Shown: piece after piece, positions 27,004 to 39,697 of the stretch
Layout of the letters: each line of letters begins with the position of its first letter
How positions within the stretch are numbered: the stretch's first letter is position 1
Assembly (NCBI RefSeq): GCF_001194135.2
Contig: NC_068983.1
Span: forward strand, 138,061,583-138,125,582
DNA: 64,000 bases
Source: Octopus bimaculoides
Lineage: Eukaryota
Reading direction: 5' to 3'
The notes under the pieces: model-generated
Databases searched by the model: none
What the model saw: the letters and a program-made list of their open reading frames with translations, nothing else
What the model was told of the DNA's origin: nothing
Program-made: the position numbers and the translations under genes

Positions 27004-27070
<67 letters not shown>
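27003..27070. repeat. (GA)n microsatellite
   Basis: Seen directly. Confidence 0.97.
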
Positions 27071-27072
<2 letters not shown>

Positions 27073-27791
27073 GAAATGGTTGATGAATTGAAGAATTTAG
27101 AGTTGTGAGAGAAGCAATAGTATAGGTTAACAATAATAACGTGTGAAAAGGTCTGCCCTGGGCAAAGTATAAATAAGACGGAATCAAACATGAATTCGTA
27201 AAATTTACAGAAAATCCAACAAAAAAGAATTTTCTGGAAGAAGCAAGACAGAGAGTTTACACACACGCGCGCACACACATTTATAACACAAGCACACAAA
27301 TACGAATACACACACACGCACGCACACACACACGCACACACACAAATACACATGTGTGCAAGTGTGTGTGCGTGTGCTTATATGGAACACCATTGAGCTT
27401 GATTTTCTGATAGTGTAAGAATAATGTTTGTGGTATTAATTTGTTCAAAGCACATTTAATGTCACTGCGTAGCAGTAGTAATATTGGCGCTATAAAGTAA
27501 ATTAGGATTGGAACAAACTAGTAATATTTGATTTAAAAATCAATTAGGATGATAAACTAATAACGAATTTGTCATCGCAACTTCATTTGCTAAAGATATT
27601 TAGATTTGGTTATTATCACACCGTATTTATATTTTACTGCAGTATTAAATATGAGTCAAGAAAATGAATATGTTAATATTTAACCAGAATCTTGCAGAAT
27701 CAGGTGAACGACAAGTAAATTGTTTTACATTATCTAGTTACGGCTCTTCAAATCTACCATTAGACAATGGATTATACCATTCTTTAATAGT

Positions 27792-28005
27792 GTTTTCAAA
27801 GTTCAGCACAAGGCCAGTAATTTCGTGGGAGGGCTTAAATCGATTACATTGACTCCACTGTTCAACTGATACTTATTTTACCAAACCCTAAAAGATGAAA
27901 GGTAAAGCCGACTTCGGTCGAATTTGAACTTACAACGCAAAGTTGGACGAAATGCCGTTGAGCATTTTGCCCTGCGTGCTGGCGATTAACCCTGTTCACC
28001 GTCTT
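27792..28005 (-). mobile_element. tRNA-derived SINE family A
   Basis: Reverse complement alignment to the 10791 copy, including the ccttgtgc..aa.tttgaaa tail. Confidence 0.82.
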
Positions 28006-28275
28006 TGTGTCATTCCTTAATAGTTATTTCTTAATTTTATCAGTGTTAAAAATGTGGTAGAATTCTTAAAGAGCTTTTGGGTAGCTTTCCTTCGGATTTC
28101 TAGTGCCAATGAAGTCGATAAACAAAGTGCAGAGGAAAGTTTTCTCGAATTGTTCGTACTAATGCTGCATATTTAAAGTCTTGTGGCTAAGACAGAAATC
28201 AATTAAACCAGAAATATAAATTCATACACACACATACACATATATGTGTGAATGATTTTATACACACACACACAC

Positions 28276-28312
<37 letters not shown>

Positions 28313-28316
<4 letters not shown>

Positions 28317-29455
28317 GTTGAAAACTAAGTTCCCGCCGTATTTTAAAATTTATATTTTTTAAAAGGTTTAATAAAAAATTACAACTAATTAATCAATAAT
28401 GTATTCACCCTTGTTTACAACTTCTTCCCAACGTTCAACAAGATTTTCAATACCTCGTTGGTAGAAATCACCCGATTTCGACTCGAAAATTGATCCAACG
28501 AAGCTCTCAACTCTGCATCAGTATTGAACGAAACTCCACGCATAGCATTTGAAAGAGATCGAAAGGGGTGGAAATCCATTGGTGCCAAATCAGGAGAGTA
28601 CGGTGGGTGTGGCAGCACTTCCCAGCCATGCGTTTGAATGGTTTTCTTGGTCATATTGGCGATATGAGGGTGGGCGTTTTCGTGCACCAGAAGAACTCCA
28701 TGCTGCCGATTAGGTCTTTTCTCTTGAATAGCCGTGTTGAGTCATTCCATTTGTTGAACATAGACTTCCGCATTGACTGTTTGGTTCCGCTCAAGCAATT
28801 CGTTATGGGTAATCCCTTCTCAGTCCCACCATACGTTTTACGCAGATGAAGATCATGTTTCACGCGCTGCGTCGCTTGTTTACCGGGGCTAAGCTATTCT
28901 TTACGCTGCTTCATATTGATGTACATTTTTCATCACCAGTAATGATTCAGTAATGAAATGGTTGCTTGTGTCCATAAGTAGTTAAGCAGTGACAAGCAAG
29001 CAAACCAGCGGAGATTGTGGCTCGTTGATTTTTGTTGTTGTCACTTAAAGCATGCTCCGTACTTCTGAACCTTTCCCATCGATGCTTCTCTATAGCAGTG
29101 GGGGAGCATTCCGGTTTCTCTGCCAGTTCCCTTGTCGTTTGACGAGAATTTTCGTGCAAAAGTTGGTTTATTCGCTCTTCATCGAACTCAACTGGACGGT
29201 CAGAACGAGGTGCGTCTTTGAGGTCAAAATATCCATTTTTGAACTTGGCATACCAATCATGAGCAGTTCTTTCAGCTACGGCACCCTCTCCATACACAGC
29301 ACAAATGTCGCGAGCAGCTTTTGCTGCCTTAGAACCTTGATTAAAAGCAAAAAGGAGGTGTCGAAAATGGTCGTTTTTCTTAACTTGACATTCCATTTTA
29401 ATGATCTGAAAATAAACAAAAATTAACTAAAATTAACTAGAAAAAAAAACAAAAC
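28313..29455 (-). mobile_element. Mariner (DD34D) DNA transposon, other end in a gap
   Basis: TIR-like ttgggttgaaaactaagttcccg immediately after TA in a (TA)n run; encloses the transposase pseudogene. Confidence 0.93.
28389..29396 (-). pseudogene. Frameshifted mariner transposase
   Basis: MECQVKKNDHFRHLL..., HTH region, IITGDEK, VHENAHPH (D to E), HPPYSPDLAPMDF, C-terminal RWEEVVNNKGEYIID*; split over several frames. Confidence 0.93.
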
Positions 29456-30654
29456 NNNNNNNNNNNNNNNNNNNNNNNNNNNNNNNNNNNNNNNNNNNNN
29501 NNNNNNNNNNNNNNNNNNNNNNNNNNNNNNNNNNNNNNNNNNNNNNNNNNNNNNNNNNNNNNNNNNNNNNNNNNNNNNNNNNNNNNNNNNNNNNNNNNNN
29601 NNNNNNNNNNNNNNNNNNNNNNNNNNNNNNNNNNNNNNNNNNNNNNNNNNNNNNNNNNNNNNNNNNNNNNNNNNNNNNNNNNNNNNNNNNNNNNNNNNNN
29701 NNNNNNNNNNNNNNNNNNNNNNNNNNNNNNNNNNNNNNNNNNNNNNNNNNNNNNNNNNNNNNNNNNNNNNNNNNNNNNNNNNNNNNNNNNNNNNNNNNNN
29801 NNNNNNNNNNNNNNNNNNNNNNNNNNNNNNNNNNNNNNNNNNNNNNNNNNNNNNNNNNNNNNNNNNNNNNNNNNNNNNNNNNNNNNNNNNNNNNNNNNNN
29901 NNNNNNNNNNNNNNNNNNNNNNNNNNNNNNNNNNNNNNNNNNNNNNNNNNNNNNNNNNNNNNNNNNNNNNNNNNNNNNNNNNNNNNNNNNNNNNNNNNNN
30001 NNNNNNNNNNNNNNNNNNNNNNNNNNNNNNNNNNNNNNNNNNNNNNNNNNNNNNNNNNNNNNNNNNNNNNNNNNNNNNNNNNNNNNNNNNNNNNNNNNNN
30101 NNNNNNNNNNNNNNNNNNNNNNNNNNNNNNNNNNNNNNNNNNNNNNNNNNNNNNNNNNNNNNNNNNNNNNNNNNNNNNNNNNNNNNNNNNNNNNNNNNNN
30201 NNNNNNNNNNNNNNNNNNNNNNNNNNNNNNNNNNNNNNNNNNNNNNNNNNNNNNNNNNNNNNNNNNNNNNNNNNNNNNNNNNNNNNNNNNNNNNNNNNNN
30301 NNNNNNNNNNNNNNNNNNNNNNNNNNNNNNNNNNNNNNNNNNNNNNNNNNNNNNNNNNNNNNNNNNNNNNNNNNNNNNNNNNNNNNNCTTATATTCTCTT
30401 TACACTTATTTCATGTAATTCTGTTGTGTCCTATCATTCGTATTATCCGTATTATTTTTGAGGTCTTGAGGGTAATGAAGAAATTCTTGTTCTTATTGTT
30501 AACATTATTCGATTACCAATAAGTATTATTTATGCTAACTCTCGCCTACTCGTACAAAAAGGTAGATGCGTCATTTTCGGTTGGGAGTTCCAACTCTTTA
30601 TGAATGCGTTACGTTGTCCACCTTTTCCAGAATCCAGAATCCAAAATTACCGTG

Positions 30655-30658
<4 letters not shown>

Positions 30659-30697
<39 letters not shown>

Positions 30698-30830
30698 TGT
30701 ATGTGTATGCATGTTTGTGTATACATGTGAGTGTGTGTGTGTGTATACATCCACATATATACATATGTGCATCTATATATATATGTGTACACACGCACAC
30801 GCACACGCCCACACGTGCACACAGACTCGC
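30659..30830. repeat. Compound (TG)n...(CA)n microsatellite
   Basis: Seen directly. Confidence 0.9.
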
Positions 30831-31879
30831 ACATTCACATATTAGATATTTGTATCACGAATAAATTTGTACTTATAATGCCCACATTAGTTAGTAGATA
30901 TTGTAGATAGAATACTGTCCATATAGATTCAAAAAGTGACCATTGATTTCTTATACATGGAAAATGCGACAAACGTATACTCAATAAATTTGTTCACTGC
31001 TCATCTAAGAAGTCAATAATTACTTTTTGAATTCACATAAAGAATGTCGTATCCACGAGCGACTTTGTATATGAGAAACCATTATTGGTTTCTCTTGTGA
31101 ACCGAAACATTCTTGTCAATGTTGTCCACCGGCACTGGACTTGAGCACAACATCAATCGCCGCTCACAAAGTCAGTATTGATTGCTTAGTTAGGCACTTA
31201 TCCCAAAATTTATAGCAAAGGAAAATGTGATTGCATGGCTGTTATAGTTTTATCATGTCATGAGTATTAAAGGTGTTAGTGAAATGAATTGGTTTGAACA
31301 AGGAATCGAAATCAACACGCAAACTCTCTGGGAACTTGTATTTTGCAGTAATCAGAAATACATTATTGAACACAGAACAAAAATTTGTGACCTACATACA
31401 TTAGTATATATATATATATATATATATATATATNNNNNNNNNNNNNNNNNNNNNNNNNNNNNNNNNNNNNNNNNNNNNNNNNNNNNNNNNNNNNNNNNNN
31501 NNNNNNNNNNNNNNNNNNNNNNNNNNNNNNNNNNNNNNNNNNNNNNNNNNNNNNNNNNNNNNNNNNNNNNNNNNNNNNNNNNNNNNNNNNNNNNNNNNNN
31601 NNNNNNNNNNNNNNNNNNNNNNNNNNNNNNNNNNNNNNNNNNNNNNNNNNNNNNNNNNNNNNNNNNNNNNNNNNNNNNNNNNNNNNNNNNNNNNNNNNNN
31701 NNNNNNNNNNNNNNNNNNNNNNNNNNNNNNNNNNNNNNNNNNNNNNNNNNNNNNNNNNNNNNNNNNNNNNNNNNNNNNNNNNNNNNNNNNNNNNNNNNNN
31801 NNNNNNNNNNNNNNNNNNNNNNNNNNNNNNNNNNNNNNNNNNNNNNNNNNNNNNNNNNNNNNNNNNNNNNNNNNNNNNN

Positions 31880-31947
<68 letters not shown>

Positions 31948-33127
31948 TCAAAATATAGAAATAAGTAAACGAGCACAGATAGAGAATTATTAATATAACT
32001 AACCCTTGACATTTCAAATAACACAAGCACTGCTTGCACCCTAAAAACCCAATTTATCAGTTTGTTATATTTTTGATTATAATTTAAATTTCCTCTCTTT
32101 TCCATTATCGCCATATGTTCCTATTTGATTTTTTTTCTTTCGGGTCATGCCCCTTAATGCAAACAAAAATGAAGCCTACATTTTCACGTTAAATGTCATA
32201 GTATTATTTTCGGCATTTGAGCAAAAAGAAAATTTTGAAATTCAAAAATGTTAAATACTAGCGGAAACTTGAAAGTCTGTTGTGTATCATACTTTTGTTG
32301 TTTTTGATAATACAATTCTGATTACAACAGTACGGGTGTCTCAGACATTTAAACAATACTTTTATCTAGGTTGCACTTTCTCTTTCTTGATCAATGTTGG
32401 GAGATTTTTATGTAGTCTTTAAAAAGCTGTATAAGTATAAGTATAGATGCGTAGTTAGCTTAAAATATTATATCATTGAGAGGAGTTAGCAGTTAGAGGT
32501 GAGGTTTGATGCATACTGATCCTGATTAGAGAAGGTATAATTTCATTGATTGTGTTTGGTGTTCTTAAAGGAGACTATGATGTCATCTATACAAGGGAAG
32601 ATTTACGACTACACTGTTGCATAAGCTGTACAAATCTAGCATGAGATATCGAGGCTGTGTGTAGATGACACACGACTTCGGAAAATGTGAAACGAGTAGT
32701 AATATAATGTGAGTAGACATGCATTGTCAGAATTGGCTATCAGATGATAATTATTGTACAAAGAAAGAATGAAAAATTATATACAAACAAACTAGATAGC
32801 AATTCAAATATGTTGAGTGATATTTGAACTCATGAAAAGGTTTTTCACTGCAGCTTGTTATGCCTTCGTGTTTTAGACATTTTTGTCTCCTGCGAGAATA
32901 TTTTGTCATGACAAACTAAAGTGGAAACATTTTCTTTGAGTTCAAATATCTCTAAAATATAAATGAACTTGTGCTAAGTTTAGTTTCCTCATAGTCACTG
33001 TATAGTGCATCTACATGTGAATTTATTTCGGCTTGGCGGCCAAAATTCATTACCTGGCAATAATACTTATTGTTTGTTTTATATATATAAAAGAAACCTA
33101 GATTTTACAGTTCAGAGTTGCCTCTCT

Positions 33128-33182
33128 CTGGTATCTAATGCTGACGAGAAGATAACTACTTCGAAATACATGTATCCACCAG
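33128..33182 (+). ncRNA. Type I hammerhead ribozyme with canonical core
   Basis: ctgg[tatctaa]tg-CTGACGA-gaag[ataacta]cttc-GAAA-tac[at]gta-TC-ca-ccag. All conserved core bases present, G10.1-C11.1 pair, AUC cleavage triplet (cut after 33176). Confidence 0.8.
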
Positions 33183-33610
33183 TGCAATGAGAGCGCTCTA
33201 AACGCATCAAATGACTGAACCGGATCCTGAAATTTCCCGATGCATTCTCTAACACCTATACCCATCACAACGTATGAATATCTATCTACATCATTTCGTA
33301 GTTGAACATTTAATATCTGTAGCACAAATAAAATGCAAGACTGGCCAAAGCCGACGAACCGTAAACATCCACTGGTATTCTGATACTCTTCGGCACGACC
33401 AGCTGTAAATCCTCCAGAAATAAACTCCTCAACAGTTGTATGAACCATTTCAGCGTACAGTGCTCAGATATTTGAGATCATATTCTCCCTTACATAATTT
33501 GTTTTCGCGTACTGGTTAAAAAGCACATGGCAATGCTTTGCTGAAGAGGTACAATAAGACTGAAGCAAATCCCTTGATCCCAGAATGAAAATGAATTACA
33601 TTAAAATCAA

Positions 33611-33812
33611 TTTTACTCTTTTATTCTTTTACTTGTTTCTAGTCATTGGACTGCGGGCATATTAGGGATACACTTCGAAAATTTTAGTCGATCAACTCGC
33701 TTCAGTATATATCGTTAATCTTGCACTTAGTTCGAATATCTGTTTTTGTTGAAACGTTACGTTACGGGTCCATAAACAAACCGTTGTCAAGCGATGAGAG
33801 GCAGACACAAAG
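33611..33812 (-). mobile_element. SINE family B body/tail
   Basis: ttactcttttattcttttacttgtttctagtcattggactgc tail and gttacggg..taaac..ccgttgtcaagcgatg body, shared with the 37516 and 49525 copies. Confidence 0.75.
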
Positions 33813-34339
33813 AACTACACAGTACACACACACATATATACATACATACTTACACACGTGTGAGTTTATATATATATATATACATACATACACACATATG
33901 TGTGAGTTTATATATATATANNNNNNNNNNNNNNNNNNNNAAATTTTAGTCGATCAACTCGCTTCAGTATATATCGTTAATCTTGCACTTAGTTCGAATA
34001 TCTGTTTTTGTTGAAACGTTACGTTACGGGTCCATAAACAAACCGTTGTCAAGCGATGAGAGGCAGACACAAAGAACTACACAGTACACACACACATATA
34101 TACATACATACTTACACACGTGTGAGTTTATATATATATATATACATACATACACACATAACACTGATCCTTATAATATAAGGGTCAATAATAACAAGTG
34201 TATTGAAATATTTATTATAGGATATTAACAAAACGTTGAGACATATTTAGATATATCTAATATCTCTCTTAGTAAAAATTTCAAGTGAATGGAATAAATA
34301 TTTCGTATGAAGAAAAAAACAAATACTCTTCCAAATTTC

Positions 34340-35411
34340 AACTTTATGGGTCACTTAGAAAAACAATGAAAAATGGAACAAGAACAAAAAAGAAACCCTT
34401 ACTATTAATATTTTGTGAACATTCCTTTACTATCAATGACCTCTTGACATCTGTTACTACAAGACTGAATTAATTTCTTGCAAAATGATGGAGTAATATT
34501 GTTCCATTCGTTTTACAATGATTCCCAGAGTTCGTCTTGGTTCTTTGAATTTCCTCTTTGCGCCTCATCTCCAATAATCTTCCAAACGTTTTCTTTAGGG
34601 TTGAGATCGGGACTTTGAGGTGGCCAGTCCATTAGATCAACCCTTCATCACTCAAAAAATCTTTGACTCTCTTCGCAGTGTGACAGGGAGCGTTGTCCTG
34701 CACAAAGATAGGAGGTTGAACTCACGAGGATCGGTGATGTGGAAGGACATGCTGTCTAAGAATCTGTTTGTAGATTTCAGCATTGACAGACTCTTGTAGG
34801 CGAATAAGTGTACCAGAACCAGCAGCAGAGATCACACCCCATACCATTACGCTGCCTCCTCCATATTTCACTGTCTTCTTCACACATGCACAAGATAACC
34901 TTTCGCCACTTCTTCGTCGGACGTACATCCCGCCATCGGAACCAATCACATTAAACTTCGATTGATCGCTAAAATGAATCTGCGTTGCGCGATACATTGA
35001 TCATCGGAAGTGGAGCTAAACTTGCAGGATATATCAGCAGCGCTCTTAAACCTATCCTTCAGTGACATTCTAAGCATAATACAAACCTGTCTTGGTGAAG
35101 TTTTACGCGGTCTACCGGTTTTGGGTTTAGCATCTGTCGATCTTGATGACTTAAAACGAGCTACAATTCGTTGCACAACACTTCCAGACCTTCCTACAGT
35201 TGTTGCTATCACAGAATTTGACTTACCCTCTTGGTGAAGGCACACAATCCTTTGTTTTTCATCACAAGACACCGGTTGTCTCTCACAAGCTGCCATGCTG
35301 ACAGTTAAATGTTCTAATAATGTAAGATCACAAGAATAATAGTCTTCTAAACAACAAATAGCTCGGTTAGTAATTCATTTTTTCTAAGTTACCTTTAGCT
35401 TTTGGCCACTG
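34340..35411 (-). mobile_element. Tc1-like DNA transposon
   Basis: One intact terminus (minus strand cagtggccaaaagctaaaggtaacttagaaaaa); a partial counterpart ggtcacttagaaaaacaatgaa at about 34349-34370. Confidence 0.88.
34405..35296 (-). pseudogene. Frameshifted Tc1 (DD34E) transposase
   Basis: GRPRKTS, FSDQSKF, KYGGGSVMVWG, FVQDNAPCH, WPPQSPDLNPKENVW and terminal KGMFTKY*. Confidence 0.92.
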
Positions 35412-35419
35412 CAAAGAAA

Positions 35420-35510
35420 GACTGGGGCCAACCAAATCCATCAAAGCAATGCTCAAAGATTGCCGCAGTTCAATGACTGAAACAAGTGTAGGAATAAAAG
35501 GAACTAAAAG
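35420..35510 (+). mobile_element. SINE family B 3' fragment
   Basis: gccgcagttcaatgactgaaacaagt matches the 3' end of the 49525 copy. Confidence 0.6.
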
Positions 35511-37515
35511 AAACACGTTCAAAACATTAAGAATATTTAGCATACATGAGTCAGTGCATCATTACACATTTTATTTGTCTCAGTTCACACTATTCTCCTA
35601 CTTTAGTTATTTCCCTTTGATTGAATTTGTATTTTTTGTTATTCATTGTACAATACCCTTAACATAATGAAATCGAACGTTATTTGGACTATTTCCTGAA
35701 TCCTATTGTTGATTTGAAATTTAACTGCTTCAAAGTTTGAAGAAGTTTATTAAATGTCTCGAAAAGAAACATGTCGGATGCCAGATTTTCGGATATTTGC
35801 TACCGTAAAATCTACATGATGAGGTCTTCTATTAACAAACAACACTTCTCACTTTCTCCATCTCTATCTGTCACTCTATAGATCTCTGTTACAATATTTT
35901 CAGACAAACAGTTTTTGATAAAAATAGATACGATTCTTTATTAAATCAAATTAAACTAACCTACTTTGTAGTGTGTAGCTGTAGGTGTGGCGTGTCAAAA
36001 CACAGCCTCTATCAGACTGAGTTGGTTTTAACAAACTAAATCAATTTGGCTGAGTCTATAATTTAATACGGGACATGGGCATTTTCATCAATGTTAAATA
36101 GTTGCTGAGATGTATATATACGTATGAACGTACGAATGAATGTATATATATTCATGTATGTATGCATGCACGTATGCATGTATTATCTCTCTTTCTCTCT
36201 CTCTACATATATATATATTATATGTCTATATCTCATTTATATATATATATATATATATATATATNNNNNNNNNNNNNNNNNNNNNNNNNNNNTATATATA
36301 TACATATGTTTGTATACATATATGTATGTATATGTAAACTGTTTAGCATCTAACTAAAGAGTAAATAAACCAAAACAAATTCATACGCCTGCACCTGTAA
36401 AATTATCTTTCAGCATTACTGTAGAACAATGACACGGTACAGCTTTAATAAAGATTTTGACGCTAATTTCTACTTGACATAACATATCTTACTGTAGTTT
36501 TTTTTTATTTGTTGATTGTAATCATACAGAATTTATATGATTGTTTCTGATGTAATTAATCACTGACGTAGAAAAAAAAATGTGAACGTAATTATGAAAA
36601 AAAAAAAAAACCCTAAAACAAAGCAAAACAAATTATGATAAAAAGCAAAATCGTAGTTGATGAGATTTCGAAATTAACATCATTAATCATGTTTGAGCAT
36701 CTGCATATTTTGCAGATGTACAAAGTTCGTTTTTGTAATTTACTAATTGCATGGAAAACCAAATATTCTGTTTTTATGTAATAAATACGTTTACGTGCGC
36801 CTGTATATGTCTAATGTGAAAGCAAATAAATGCGTAAGCTTTCATATGCTTTTATCGCTCACATTTACTATTACTTGTGTTGTTACTACACATCGAACAT
36901 TCCAGCCCAATAAAAGACCAAAAATAAATAAATATATGAATAAATAAAAAGGTCATACTTTGAATATTTTCTCTGCCGCAACATTTTCAAAAATAAACTA
37001 GAAACAACATTCTTTATTTCTTTTTCGTTTCCCTGCAGTACATTAGAAACAACAGTTGTATTGAATTTTGTATTTATTTTGTGTTTGAAAGACAAACTTA
37101 GTAAAAGTCAGAATCTCATCATAAAGTTGGTATTGAAAATGAAACTACATATAAAATGTCATAAAATAGGAATAGTATATATTGTTGCTGTAGTCGTTGT
37201 TGTTGTTGCATTAGTAGTAGATGGAGTGATTGTATTTTATGAGTCATACTCATACTTTATTATGAGCAAGACAGAAAGTTTTAATTTCGCGAACACTCTG
37301 TTCTCTGCCTCCAGAGACAGAATATGCATGCAAGTTCACGTGTATGTATGTATGTATGTATGTATGTATGTATGTGTGTGCGCGCGCGCGTGTTTATGTG
37401 TGTGTGTGTGTGTATTCAAGATGCATTCCAGAGGACTTGGGACTCTTTCAGAAAAGACATTTATTAACTTCAAAGAGTACAAAGTTCTAATTGCCTTCAA
37501 AGTAGGATCCTCTAA

Positions 37516-37680
37516 GGGTTTTCGTCAAACAAATCAACCACGGGACTTATTTATTAAAGCCTAGTATTTTTGCTTTCCGTCTCTTGCTGAATTGCTAAGG
37601 TACGGGGACGTAAACACATGAACACCGGTTGTCAAGCAGTGATGGGGGAGGCGCAAGCGCAGATATAAAGACACACAAAC
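37516..37680 (-). mobile_element. SINE family B body
   Basis: ggacttatt..aagcctagta..gctaaggtacggggacgtaaacac..ccggttgtcaagc is the reverse complement of the 49555-49680 segment. Confidence 0.78.
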
Positions 37681-39404
37681 ACATGCGCGTGCACATACTC
37701 AGCTACAACACTTTAAGATCATATAATGATCTCGGATCGACTTCTTGAGTATAATTGTAACAGTAGGGGGTGACATTTAGATGTACCACAAATAAGAAAG
37801 GTCCTCGGGTATAGGGAATATAAAGCAGAACGTTTGCTCTATGCTGGGCGATATAGTCGAATCTAATATTACTTATAAGCAACAAGGAGCCGTTCAAATT
37901 CTTTTTTCCTCATCTCATCTACATCTATTATGTTTCAGTCAGTTTTATTAAGTCCTTGATTATGATTAAAGTTACAAGTAACAAATAATTTCATGCTATG
38001 TTTATCATATACGTAACTATTTTCTTTCTTACTTCGTCAGAAAACGAACCAATTTTATTGAAATATTTTTGCAGTATAAATATGCATGCTGCTATACTGT
38101 TTCTATAATGAATAGCTGTTTAGATTTATATTTTATTCTACTTTGCATAATTATTTCTGAAGTATTATTTTCTGTTTTACAAAAATCAAATATTAAAGCA
38201 TAATGTCTATATTTTTAATTATAAGGGGGAAGTGTGCTATTGATCTATCATTATGTCAGTATCGATTCTGTTCTATTCAATGATTGATATTTTTCATGTA
38301 ATGCAGAATCTCAACTAGCCTCTTAATTAGTTTTGCATAACGTAACCTCATTTGCTGTATTATACACAGCAAAAACACATGGATGTAAAATAAGTACCCA
38401 AAATAAAGACACATAACGACCAGGTTGTATGACTTTGAATAAGGCCAATTTTTACATGAAAAAACATGTATTTATTGAAAGAAGTATAACCAATCTTGAG
38501 TGGAATTGAAATCAGAACGCAGCAAGAAGAAAAATCTTAGGACTTAGATGATTTACTCTCCCTTTCATTTCGACCATAACGTAAGGGCACTGTATTATTG
38601 ATGTTTATTTTATTGACTTCACGAGTCTGTCTTACATACAACATACAATAAGAAAGCGAAGTTAATCTGCGGTCTCTACGACCAAATGCATCTTGTGATG
38701 CACTAGTTTATATGAAGAATGTTGAGGTTATTGCTGATGAAAATTTATCCAGCTCTGAAGCAAGTTGTTTCACAAGCGATTAAATGAAAACTGACTTATG
38801 CACTTTATTTATTCACCAATATATTTGAGCGTTGCTTTATGAACACAGAATAAATTAAGCCAGAAGTGGCCCGAAAGAAATTATTTGATGAGTGTAATTT
38901 CCGGCCATTGAGAAGTGTGTTTGGATATCACTTCGGTAATTTTTATAAAGCGTTAAATATATTTCCTAATTTCCGAAATCAAGATTCACGAGGCTCTTAT
39001 TTTGATGGAATCATTATCTGGTGAAGGAAAGTGTAACTATCATTACGTGCTATAAATAAATTCATATTTAACGTGTAAAGAGAGAATTTTCATAATTCGT
39101 CCTTGAAATCCTCTTTACATGATACACGTATACATTATTATATATGCTTTAAGCATCAGAAACAGATCAAATGATCAAATGCCGATGGCTTCCCAACTTT
39201 CACTTTGTGTACACTAATGCTTTATATAATCGCTTACTTAATATTCTTCGGGATATAGGAAATACAAACACAAACACGTACACGCGTATAAATGTAAGTG
39301 GGTGCGTATCTTGTGTGCATGTAATGTATATGTGTGCGCATGCTTGAGCATTTGTTTGAAATGTAAAAACCTCCAGCACTATACAAATATACGTACATAT
39401 GTAT

Positions 39405-39525
39405 GCATGTATGTATGTATGTATGTATGTATTATGTATGCATGTGTGGGTGTGTGTGTGTATGTGCATGTAGTATATATATATAAATATCTATTTCTCT
39501 TTCTCTCTTTCTGTGTATATATATG

Positions 39526-39615
<90 letters not shown>

Positions 39616-39631
39616 CATATATATATATATG

Positions 39632-39680
<49 letters not shown>

Positions 39681-39697
39681 GTGTGTGTGTATGTGTA
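39405..39697. repeat. Compound (TATG)n/(TA)n/(TG)n microsatellite
   Basis: Seen directly. Confidence 0.95.

Noticed and set aside
32450-32900. Possible ancient L2/CR1-like RT on the minus strand (CIDDIIV)
   Set aside because: A single weak motif; insufficient evidence.
33098-33448. 116 aa minus-strand ORF
   Set aside because: No recognisable domain, an in-frame stop just upstream and no good splice acceptor; it is antisense to the hammerhead.
33679-34160. About 220 bp exact duplication (33679-33897 and 33941-34159) across a 20 N gap
   Set aside because: The pattern is typical of unmerged overlapping contig ends or allelic haplotypes; treated as an assembly artefact.
38737-38775. CTGATGA...GAAG-caagttg hammerhead-like string
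   Set aside because: No stem II and a non-canonical core; likely chance.
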